From contig OZ076409.1 in the NCBI GenBank assembly GCA_964187785.1, positions 434,001-498,000 of the forward strand: a stretch of 64,000 nucleotides of DNA, read 5' to 3'. The position numbers and the translations under genes were made by a program. This stretch comes from Amphiscolops sp. MND2022 (Eukaryota). The notes below the pieces were generated by a model. That model was not told where the DNA came from. It searched no databases and saw only the letters and a program-made list of their open reading frames with translations. Shown here piece after piece: positions 10,206-21,600 of this stretch. The stretch's first letter is position 1. Every line of letters begins with the position of its first letter.

Positions 10206-13200
10206 AAAAAATTTGCCCCGAGATCAAAACACCAAAGAAATATGACCTTATCATTCTTGGTTCAATGCTCGGCACGAAATCACAAGCAGACTTATTGGAA
10301 AAAAATGATTGAACTGGAAAAAGTTAATGGAATTGTTGAAAAACTAGATGGGCACTATGGTTTTTTTATGTTGATAAAATGCTTCAGTTTGCCAAAGTTG
10401 TTGTACGTCCTGAGAACCAGCACATGTTTTAATCATCCAGATCTCTTGAAAAAAGATGACAAAACCGTGCGCGACGGGCTTTCCAAAGTGTGTAAGGTGA
10501 ACTTCGACAATAATTCGAGTCCTCAGCTGGCTCTGCCCGCTAAAATGGGTGGTCTCGGAGTTTCATCCGCATCACTAATAGCACCTCCCGCCTTTCTGGA
10601 TTCAGCTTTTGGTGCGAGTGACTTTCTCACGACGACTTCCTTGAAAACATTCGAAGATGTTTCGTTTACAAAAGCGCTTGAGAAGTGGTTGAGTATGACA
10701 AATGAACAGGAAAGTCCTCTCGATGGAACTCAGAAAAATTGGACACAACCTGTCTAAGTCAAAACCGCCCAAGATTTGATTTCTAGAATGGATGGCAAAC
10801 GTTCGAAAGTTTTCAACGCTCATCAAGGCAAATTCGGGTCTCAATGGTTGAACGTCGTTCCTTGCAAGAACCTAGACCTGAAACTTGATGATCAGCAACT
10901 TCTTATTTCAATTGGTTTGCGTCTCGGTGCCAACATCTGCGTTGCGCATACGTGTCACTGTGGTAAAAGTGTTGAACGGGACGGTTTACACGGTCTTTTT
11001 GCACCAAGAGTGCTGGTCGCTTCTTACGTCATGATACTCTCAATTCTCTCATTAAGCAGAAGGTGGGATCTCTGGACTTGTCTTAATGCTCGAACAGCGT
11101 GGAGTGTAACCGAAATGATGGCAAACGCCCAGACGGTGTTACCATGATTCCTTGGAAAATGGGTAAATAGCTTGTGTGGGATGTCACGGTTGTGAATTCT
11201 CTTGCACACAGTTGCCAAAATCAAGGCCCTTTATGCAACCAACCGGGAACAACCGCCACCGAGGCTGATACATTTTTTAACGGGTGGCCTTGGAAGCACA
11301 TGTTTCTTTATGCTAGAGCAGTGAAATTTCCATCACAAGTCTCTGTAAAATGCTCTGTCGTTCGCACGACGATCAACGAGCTGAAGGTTTTTTGAAGCAA
11401 CGGATTTCAATGGCTCTTCAGATTGGCATGCGGCCTGTGTTCTAGGAACTGTGAGCGACAGAGATGCGTTCGAAGAACTTTATTACAAATGGCTCAATTT
11501 TTATGAACCTTTATAAATCATTGCAGCTTGAAAAATTATTCTACCGGTCGACTGGGATAGTGGCTGGTATTTGTAGTTTGTTGGTTTTTTTTTGTTACTG
11601 GTCTACTGGTATAGTGGCTGGTATGGGGTTCCCTACTTCCGTTGCAGACCACGGTTGTGTCTCCTCCTCCCAACATGATGACACACATGGCACTTTTTTG
11701 ATGACGAATATCCATGATATCAGAACGTAAGACAGAAACAAAAAATTTGCCCCGAGATCAAAACACCAAAGAAATATGACCTTATCATTCTTGGTTCAAT
11801 GTTCGGCACGAAATCACAAGCAGACTTATTGGAAAAAAATGATTGAACTGGAAAAAGTTAATGGAATTGTTGAAAAACTAGATGCGCACTATGGTTTTTT
11901 CATGTTGATAAAATGCTTCAGTTTGCCAAAGTTGTTGTACGTCCTGAGAACCAGCACATGTTTTAATCATCCAGATCTCTTGTAAAAAGATGACAAAACC
12001 GTGCGCGACGGGCTTTCCAAAGTGTGTAAGGTGAACTTCGACAATAATTCGAGTCCTCAGCTGGCTCTGCCCGCTAAAATGGGTGGTCTCGGAGTTTCAT
12101 CCGCATCACTAATAGCACCTCCCGCCTTTCTGGCTTCAGCTTTTGGTGCGAGTGACTTTCTCACGACGACTTCCTTGAAAACATTCGAAGATGTTTCGTT
12201 TACAAAAGCGCTTGAGAAGTGGTTGAGTATGACAAATGAACAGGAAAGTCCTCTCGATGGAACTCAGAAAAATTGGACACAACCTGTCTAAGTCAAAACC
12301 GCCCAAGATTTGATTTCTAGAATGGATGGCAAACGTTCGAAAGTTTTCAACGCTCATCAAGGCAAATTCGGGTCTCAATGGTTGAACGTCGTTCCTTGCA
12401 AGAACCTAGACCTGAAACTTGATGATCAGCAACTTCTTATTTCAATTGGTTTGCGTCTCGGAGCCAACATCTGCGTTGCGCATACGTGTCACTGTGGTAA
12501 GAGTGTTGAACGGGACGGTTTACGCGGTCTTTTTTGCACCAAGAGTGCTGGTCGCTTCTGACGTCATGCTACTCTCAATTGTCTCATTAAGCAGACGGTG
12601 GGATCTCTGGATTTGCCTTAATGCTCGAACACCGTGGAGTGTAACCGAAATGATGGCAAACGCCCAGACGGTGTTACCATGATTCCTTGGAAAATGGGTA
12701 AAAAGCTTGTGTGGGATGTCACGGTTGTGAATTCTCTTGCACACAGTTGCCCAAATCAAGGCCCTTTATGCAACCAACCGGGAACAACCGCCACCGAGGC
12801 TGATACATTTTTTAACGGGTGGCCTTGGAAGCACAGGTTTCTTTATGCTAGAGCAGTGAAATTTCCATCACGGGTCTCTGTAAAATGCTCTGTCGTTCGC
12901 ACGACGATCAACGAGCTGAAGGTTTTTTGAAGCAACGGATTTCAATGGCTCTTCAGATTGGCTTGCGGACTGTGTTCTAGGAACTGTGAGCGACACAGAT
13001 GCGTTCGAAGAAATTTATTACAAATGGCTCAATTTTTATAAACCTTTATAAATCATTGCAGCTTGAAAAATTTTTTCTACCGGTCGACTGGGATAGTGGC
13101 TGGTATTCGTATTTTGTTGGTTGTTTTTTATTACTGGTCTACTGGGATAGTGGCTGGTATGGGGTTCCCTACTTTCGTTGCAGACCACGGTTGTGTCTTC

Positions 13201-13275
13201 TCCTCCCAACATGATGATACACATGGCACTTTTTTGATGACGAATATCCATGATATCAGAACGTAAGACAGGAAC
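10206..13275. repeat. Tandem duplication of ~1.53 kb (10206-11740 / 11741-13275)
   Basis: ATTTGCCCCGAGATCAAAACACC recurs at 10211 and 11745; near-identical ORF translations. Confidence 0.9.
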
Positions 13276-13379
13276 AAGACGGAATCGTCTCAATTCGGTA
13301 CCACATTAAAATTGGATTGTCATCAATTAGCTTGCTTTTTTAGAAAAAAAACAGTTTTTTATTCATCATGTGCCACCAG

Positions 13380-14720
13380 CGGCAGACAAAACGGACATTA
13401 AAGGCAGATATAAAGGTAGTAAACTTCGCATAAGTTGTTTTCGTCCCGAACTGTAACAACTAGACTTGCCGCATTGCCTGCCTGCATTGGGAGAGAGAGT
13501 CTCTACCTCTAAAACGACCCGGCTCTATTTTCCTGGTTGCACACGCATAATTTTTACAGAAGTCTTTCAAGAACGTAGACGTGGAAGGTCCTAATCTGCC
13601 CTGAATTTCAAAGGATAAGGGTTGGAAGATGTATCCTTTGTCAACCAAACAAACGTACATAGCCGTTTTCAATTCCTCTGCGTCCTCCTCTGCTGTCCCT
13701 GAGTTGGTTCTCTATTCTGCTGGAGGTGAAAAGATCGACACTAGTAACATCCCAAACTAATTGCTTGCTTTCGTCCCAGGTCGCTAAGGTAATTCCATCA
13801 GGGCGTTTTCATTTGTTCGGGTCAGACCATTTGGTTTCAAATTTGAGGTAACTTGATGGAAATCAGCGCCTGTTTCACGAGAGTATTTAGGTTGTGGTGC
13901 CTCGAGAAACGTCCCGCGCTTCTGGCACAGGAAAAACTATGATGTCTGTTCTCTTCGACAAGTTTTCCACTACGGCAAGTGTGTTTCTGGCAAACTTTCG
14001 CTCCCAGGTGGAGAGATAGAGATGCGCTGTTGCTGATCTGTTAACTTCTGACCGAGATTTTGGCTTGATACAACATTGAGCCAAGCTAAACCAAAGGTGT
14101 CTTGGTAAGCATTCAGTCTTTTGACATTTTCCGAGTCATGGTCTGTTATAAGTTGGTTCAAAGTAGTTTCGCTCATAGGAGGCGTCCAAAGGAGCCACTG
14201 TGTCGTCAGACGCTGTTGGTCTCATTCCCGCTCGGACGTTCCCCTCATCAAGCTTGCCGGAGATCAACTTGATCTTTTTTTTCTCAATCTTGCTTGGGTT
14301 TAGAAGCCTTTATTTCCCGTGGAACGACAAGATCGCCAAATGTTGGACCTTTGTTGATTCTCTCGCACATGATAATCCCCAGATCAAACTTCTGTCGTTC
14401 GCCAGATCGTTTTGGTTGTTATAAAATGGCGCACAAATGAAGAAAGAAACTCAGCCAGCACGATCCGTTTTGTGGCTGTGCTACTATGCCATCAATCCCA
14501 TCGTTGAGAAGCTTTGCTAATGGAATAGATGGGTGTTTGGGTACTCGTTTGAGAATGGTGTGGTTTGCTTTAGTCACACCATTCAGAGTATCAACGGTAA
14601 GGGTTAGTGGAGCATCCGTAGCCTCAACGTGGCAAGGTATGCAAACAATCTTCCTCCTCCGACTGCTTTCTCGTAATGCCCACACATTCATTTGATATGG
14701 AACCATTTACGGCACTTTGA
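13380..14720 (-). mobile_element. Second, more divergent CRE-like non-LTR family; RT region deleted
   Basis: LKRVPK..IPLAKLL, LAWLNVV..QNLG, DGITL..W..KQLVWDVTSVD and YIFQPLSFEIQG parallel the motifs of copies A and B. Confidence 0.65.
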
Positions 14721-14934
14721 AGATCCTACCAAGAAAAATCTGCCTGAGGGATCTTCGAGCGGAACGGAACATATTGATTCCTCCCCGGGACATTTTCTAG
14801 AGCCACCAATTTATGGCTTCAGTCACAGCACACTACAAGTGTTTTATTGCTCTTTCTCAAATAGTAACCGAAGGATCAAAAACGAGCAGAGGGACAAACA
14901 CGGAAAAACCGAACTGGCAGTTTCTGAAACCATC

Positions 14935-17286
14935 TGTTACGACAATTTACCGGTGTTGTTTTAGAGTTAGTCGTATTATGAGTTTTGACGGGGGTAGACG
15001 TCCTTGCTACGGAAACGTTCTCTGTTTCAGAGTCAGAGTCTTGAGCATTGATGAGGACATTTTGTTTCTTGTGGAAGGCGTTATCAGCCGTTGAAGTCGT
15101 TGAGGCGCTATCAGTTTAGGCATTTCCTTTTGATTTTCCTCAAGTATTTTGGTCAGGTCAGACATAATCTCCTTTCTTAGTGACGTTTTTATTTCAGCCA
15201 AGTTTTCTGGTTCTATCCTAGGAATCTTGCTAGAACTAGCTACAAGGGTTTCAGGCGGAAAGTTTTCGGTTACAGAGGTTTCGAAATCACCAGAGACCAA
15301 TTCTGCTACAGCTTTCCTTTTCTGGCTTCTAGTTGTCATTTTGTTCGAGAGAAAGAGAGAGAGTATCTTTGGAAATGTTGAATTCTTCAAAGATTTGTTT
15401 TCGTTATGATAACGGAACAGAACTGATTGTTACAAAGCAAGTCAAAAAACTAATTGATTTACATGTATGTATTACATATTTATACCTTCCCAGCATCATT
15501 TGTTCCTCACCTAAAAATTCCTAGGTATCACAAAAATCGGGTTTGTTCAACAAAAAGCGCTAATGATTCATATTATTTCAGTCCCGCGTCATAAGATCAG
15601 GCATCAAAATTCCTAGTCGCGTCAGCGTTCCGTAAAATTTTGTTGAAGTCATTTTTGTTCAGGCGGTTCATTTCCTGTTTGTGCTTCAAAATTGCGGCAA
15701 AATAGAAGTCTAGTTGACAGTTTCATCAGCGTAGGCACGCCGGCGTGATCAATTAGTCAGCAATCAAGTTAGGAAGATTGAAGTCCGAAGCAAAAGAATG
15801 ACACTCAAAAATGGCGACGAAATCGAGACGGAATGAGTCAACTTGGAAGCGGAAGGAAAATATGGAAATTTGGTATAAAGGAACAAACGATGCTGAAACG
15901 ATAATCCCAAATTCAAACATATGAATTACCTGCTAATGGCATACTACATCATTTATACTGAACTCAAATTAAGTCCAAACGGGACCTTAACGGAATACAA
16001 CAAAGATGAGCGCAACATATTCGTAATAATAAGTGAAAAGCAACTTCAACATTTTACATAATAACCATGAAATTCATCAAAACATAATCAAAGTTTGGTC
16101 ATTAGCCTGATTGTTGTTATCATAAATTACAACTGTTATTACTGACTTGAAAACAAGGAAGTAGCGTTGACCTTACGTCTTGCATTAGGATTATTATTAA
16201 GATATTTTAAGTGCCATAGTAAATCAAGTAGATTTGTTCCATTAAGGAGTTACTAAGCAAAGCATAATGTCAACGCGATTTAGTGATTTACCATGATGAT
16301 ACAAATCCAGAACATAAAAATACCATCGCAATTCCTATCATCCTTCCTTGCAGTACAGTTTTCCTTAAATAAGAAACATAACTCTTAAATCTTTCAAATG
16401 CATCGATTTAAAAGGCTTCGTTAGGATTTCGTTTGAAGCAGTATTTCTTATTTGCGATTTTACAACTCGCTCCGTAGATGCTACGTATTAAGATTATCTA
16501 TAGCTGAACAGCAGAATACAATTTTACAATCCGCTCCGTAAGTGCTCCGTACGTATTAAGGTTGCTTATAGCTGAGCAGCAGTAGTAAGCGGAGTGAAAA
16601 CGGAGAGCGTAGGCGATTCCATTCTCTTTTCTTAGCTAGTAAGCGTTGCTAGGGGCAACCAAGCTTAATTCTACTGGTACCGGCTCGGATAATTCCGCCA
16701 GCAAGCGACGCCGTTGGTCCGTAAAAATAGAAACGCCCGTCACTAGCCTAGTTGAGTGACGCTGTCATAACGTTGTAAACATTTACTTAAAATCACTTGA
16801 CTGCGGTTTTAAGTGGATATTTAACAACTACTTTAAAATTGGAATACATTTCCACTCTATTTTTGTATGTTCTGACATTTTAGATCTTATGGACTCCGTT
16901 GGGATCTCGGAGTTAAATGTCGTTTCTATGTTTTCATTTTAGTGTGGAGCGCCAAAATGATCCCGTTTGCAAAATTATTTAGTGTTTAGATTGGAATGGA
17001 AAACTCAGAAGATAAAACCGGAAATAAAACGGTGTTGCATGTGAAAACTTTAGACCGGAAGTTTTAGCTAGTTTAAAATCATTTCTGAAAATCTTCCGTA
17101 ACGTTTACCTTGAATTCCGTATTTGGAAAATTATTCGCGCTTATTTAACTGTCCTGTAAGTAGGATTTTGATTTGATTAGTTTAACAAAGTTTAAAAGTA
17201 TTTACTCTGTCCTTGTCCATGTCCTCTGCCGAATCCCGGTATACCAGAGCAGCAAGTAAAATTACGACCGGGAGGGGGTCGTGACA
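14935..17286 (-). repeat. 3' LTR (2352 bp)
   Basis: Direct repeat of 29205-31530, ~99% identical by eye apart from a net 26-bp insertion near 15070-15105; TG...CA ends with 9-bp imperfect inverted repeat. Confidence 0.97.
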
Positions 17287-17298
17287 GGGCCCCTCTTG
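17287..17298 (-). promoter_or_regulatory. Short polypurine tract candidate
   Basis: Minus strand reads CAAGAGGGGCCC immediately before the 3' LTR TGTCACGAC. Confidence 0.5.
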
Positions 17299-17349
17299 AT
17301 GAGAGTGACAGGGGTAGAGCGTGGCAGTGCGGGATTTCTTTCTTTATTG

Positions 17350-18032
17350 TCACGGGGGGCGACCATTGTACTTTCTTGAATGGAGGGGGTCTCGTCTTCT
17401 TCCCGCCTTCATGTCCCTAATTTTCCTTTCTTCTTCGTCTAGCTCACGGACTTCCTTCTCCAGTCGTTCTACTTCCTCCGGACAGCATTTGGGGGGTCTA
17501 ATTATGATGTTAGGACGCAGATTTTTTTTAAGCGCGGCTGATTTGTATTCATTGCGTGTCGCCCGCGTCCACGGCCTAAGGATGCGAGGTAATTTCGGTC
17601 CTCTAAGTCCAGGCTGTACAGGGCTTCCAATTCCGCCAAAGAAGGCTCATTCAAGTCGTTTAATTTTTCCGAGTTTGGCATTTTTTCATTTCCCAGAACA
17701 GGGATATTTTCCGTTCTTTTTAGAACAGGAGTACGCTTTATTGGGGAAGGTAGGCGTTGCGGGGAGTCTGGCTCTTCATAGTAATCCGTGTCAGAGTCGG
17801 CTGACAGCAGATTGAACGTGACTCTTCCTGTTTTCCTTTTCTTTTTAGGTGTCGGTGCCGTTTCGGGTGACTCGGAAGTGGAAACCATTTCTGCATCGCT
17901 TCCGCGATAAACTTCGGCAGAGGAATCGCTCATATATCCTACCATATTAAGAGGCAGCGTTTTTATCGGCGTACTTGTTTTATTGGCTTCTTCGTCTGAC
18001 GAGATGTCGATAACTAGCGAATAGTTGTTCAT
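17350..18032 (-). pseudogene. Accessory sense ORF: acidic/Ser-Pro-rich protein with PKKKRK NLS and probable C-terminal coiled coil; one frameshift in this copy
   Basis: ATG at 18032, 176-aa ORF; an overlapping frame from ~17575 continues PWTRATRNEYK...EEVERLEKEVRELDEEERKIRDMK...RPP* to TGA at 17350-17352, with AATAAA 2 nt later. Confidence 0.6.
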
Positions 18033-18039
18033 TTTAGTA

Positions 18040-18439
18040 GGAAAAAATGCTGAGAACTATTTCGGAGAGGTTGCAGGTAGTTTGTAAGCAAAGATTTCTT
18101 GTGACACTTCAGAAAATTCAGAAAGTTTTAAGCTGGTCAAGCTTCTGCGAAAATTGGACAACAAGTGAACGTTTTAAATTCTTTCCTTTCGCGATTTTCA
18201 TCGAATTTCTATTGGTCGATTTTCCGTTTTCATTCCGGTTCGTCACGAGTTAAAGGAAACGAGTTCTTTCTTGCTGTGTTATGATTGGTCCAAATACTTA
18301 AGGGAAAACTTCTAATTTTAGTTTCCGTCCTCTTTTCGGTTAATGGCGTAATGACGTCACAGAATTACGTCTGTATTCCGTGATCTTTTAATAATTTTTC
18401 AAATTCTTCTTGGCATTTCTTGGTGGATTTTTATCCACT
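18040..18439. promoter_or_regulatory. Candidate internal bidirectional promoter between the two accessory genes
   Basis: Lies between divergent ATGs; ATTGG (CCAAT) at 18211 and 18284, AATGGCG at ~18342, perfect TGACGTCA at 18352-18359. Confidence 0.4.
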
Positions 18440-18641
18440 GTAAGGTCTTTGGAAACGTTTTGTTCCGTCTATACCATAATAGGCTTTTATTGGAGTTGAA
18501 GATTGGGTGATTTTCATTTGTGTAGGAATGATGTTGTTAATTTCCTCCCAATTAGTTGAGTTTACGTAACGTAATTCTTCTTTGTGATTTTCCTTTTTCT
18601 TTTTAGATTGCTGTGGGCATCTTTGCTGTCGTTTCTTTTCT

Positions 18642-21600
18642 ATGGATGACGAAACTGCTCCGCCCCAAGGCACCGTCACCGGATTTGTCAGTGGCAATGA
18701 AACTAATTTTTGTTATACTGACGATGACGTGATCTTTTCGGAGGTGGAGGCAGTGGTTACTTCTTCAGGTTGGTAAAATCTTTCTGACTTTCATGGGTAA
18801 TTGGACTGTTGTTTTGGTGATCAGCCTTTCCAGTCTTACCCGAATACCTGACGCGTCAAACCAGATCTTGATTTTCAGTAACTCAACCTGGCGCTTCAAC
18901 TGCAGTTGTTTCCGTAGCCACTGCGGGAGTTCTTTCGACAGAGGCTACCGTTCTGCCATCAGTTTCTACTATCTTGTCTACTAAGCCCACTAGTGCAGTT
19001 AACGAAGTGTTAACCACTGTATTGACTAGCGCTGAGCCCGACGATTCATTTCCAGTGGACTCTTCTCCTGCCATTGTTGGTCCGAGTACACGTGTTGTTG
19101 CTGCGAGTAGCGATAGTGAGTCTCAAGAAGGTGAGACAGATCCCCCGCCAATAGGAAAACCCGTTGGTAGATTCGTTTTTGATAGTGTATTTTTGATATG
19201 TGGGCGGGGTGTACGAAAATTATTTTTGTTGTTGTAGATATGAGGGATGCTGAGACGCATGGGCCTTCCAACATTTGTGTGACGCCATCGAAACGGGCGA
19301 AGAAGGTTGTTATCGCTCCGCCATCGCCTCCTCCTTTGATGCATGCTTCTACTGGTTGGCAAAGTTAGTTCTATTATTGGTATTATTTTCCGCTGCGTTC
19401 TTTGAATTGAGGAGAGTTTTAGTTGCCCATTGGTTTGGTTTCTTTGGGGATATCCTATTTTTTGGTAATCGTTTTCATTGGGTGTTGATGTTGTGTAGGT
19501 CACGATGATGATCAGTTAAATGGTGTCGGCGGTGTGACGTTGAGTCCCCAGGACGTGATGCGATTGGGTCAGCAACTTGTGGAAGAGTTGAAGGAAAGTG
19601 CTACGCTGGTTATTCAAAACGGTTAGCGTTTGCGTTTTTCCCTGTAATTCGGGTATTACTTTGTTATTTGGTGAGGGTTTTCGTTCATTTACAGTGTAGT
19701 GTGGATATTCTTTATCCTCTTTGTATGTTGTTTTGTAGAGTTGCAAGAGTTCAGTGGGAAAGTAGAAAAACGTCTAGCCAAGCGGACAGTGAAGACATAC
19801 GGGAATCGCAACACGTTGCAACGTCGTATGTTGAGTCGACATCCTTCATTTCCTGATTTCGTGACAGGCTCCACGACCGGTGAGGAAACTCACTTCCACT
19901 GTCGGGTATGCAAGCGTGATGTGGCCATGAAAGCTCAGGGCTCTGGAGAGTTGGGCAGACATTTCCGTTCTGATGCTCACTGGTTCAAGGACATTACTTA
20001 TCGCGTCCATATGGGTCTTCAGGTGCTCAACAGGTTGATGGAGCCGATGGAATTGTCAGCAAGTCAACTGGCAGATTATAAGTCTCGACCATTTTGTGAT
20101 CTTAGCGGGGAGTATCCGTTCCCTGAAGATCTATTGCCTAAGCATTCAAAAGCGGAGTCAAACGTGCCCTACATGACCTTGGTTTCTTGTTTTTGTGAAT
20201 TCTTGCGGAATGGTGGTAATTTTGATTATCTTCGTCGTCTGTGGGGCCACTTCCGAGCAACATTGGGCGACCAAGAACCTTGCTTTCTTTTACGATGGAG
20301 CCGTTCGGAGACCGTGGTGAGTTGGTTTTGTTATTGCTATTGTTTGTTTCTGTCGTGTATCCGGGTGAGAGAAAACAGAAGGGAATAGGGGGGGTATGTC
20401 TTTTGTAGTTGTTTAGAAAAAAGGTTCTCGTTTGTGTTTTAGTCATTCCTTTGTCGGGGGCTGGCTCCGCGAGTTCTTCGTCTGATGGTGAGTGACGTCA
20501 AATCTTTTAAAGAGTACGGGATGCAGTTTGAGAAGTCTGGGTGCATAGAACGTTGCTATGTTCTTTGTTGGGATGGACTGAATTTAAAGAAGATTTGTGT
20601 GGGAGATCAGTCTTTGGATCAAAAAATGCCCGAACCCGAGTTGCTTCAGTTGGCACGTGTAGCGAGCTGCCTGGAGGGACAACAATTACCAGTGTCAGTT
20701 CTCGGCGCTAGCCCTTCGCTCATTCGCGCGTTAGACACGAACAGGACGGATGATCGGCGGTTTCTGTCATGGCAGTCGTTTGATGAGGAGGTGTTTCTCC
20801 AGTGTTTCCGACAGTCTCATCAGGACATTTTTGGAATGATTGAAGTGACGACTGCATTGGAGTATGTGATCCATCGATTGAAAAGGGCTCTCTATGAGGA
20901 TTGGACAGAAGACAAGCCTCGTCTTCGAGCGTGTATACGGAAAGGCTCCGTTGCATTCTGCAATCTTCGAAAGGTCCTAGGCGATTTGATCGAACTGTGG
21001 CCTTCCATACGTCCTTACATTCGCTACACTGGACATCCTCATTTTAAGCGTGTTGCTGATAGGGTGAGTACTGTCGTATTATTAGTTTATTTCGATCTTG
21101 TGTCGTTCCTTTGTTCTCTCCTGTGCTTTCCTGTGCTATATTTGATCTTGGAATGATGGTATAATTTATCCATTTTAGCTGCGCGGCACAGACTTCGAGT
21201 TAATTTCCGATAGTCTCATTGTCTATCGTTTCGGCTTCCTTCGACTGCTTTTAGACTCCTGTAAGTACGGTGGTCTTTCGTTATAATTGTTCTCTTTCGC
21301 CTGTTTCTGATTGTGGTAGCGTATTGACTGATGTTTCTTGTCATTGTGGGTTTGCTATTGCATCTGGTTTCTATTGGCTGTTTCGTTTTGATCAGGATTC
21401 CATATCTTTTCAATAGTTCTTGTGTTTAGAATACTTCAATTTTGAGAAATTGCGTCAATGCAGGAGAGATTACGGGTTTCATGGTTACGGTGAGGTCTGC
21501 AACTTCGTCTACTGTCTGCTGATGCGAACCCGTAAACTGTCTGATTTGCCTGGTATCCATGAATGAGAACGTTATATGGATGTTTCGAAACTTTCCTATT

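Larger units (their letters stand above)
8438..13275 (+). mobile_element. CRE-clade non-LTR retrotransposon copy B (same family as copy A, opposite strand, internally deleted, 3' part tandemly duplicated)
   Basis: Reverse-complement similarity to copy A; motifs [37 protein letters not shown]. Confidence 0.85.

Noticed and set aside
17321..17815. 164-aa plus-strand ORF
   Set aside because: GTG start; mirror of the more protein-like minus-strand accessory ORF
17502..18032. env gene in the third-ORF position
   Set aside because: No signal peptide, transmembrane helix or fusion-protein features; acidic/basic disordered composition with an NLS
21564..21566. TGA recoding (Trp/Sec) suggested by in-frame TGAs here and at 48159
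   Set aside because: Single-base changes such as TGG to TGA in decaying copies explain them; TGG is used for Trp throughout
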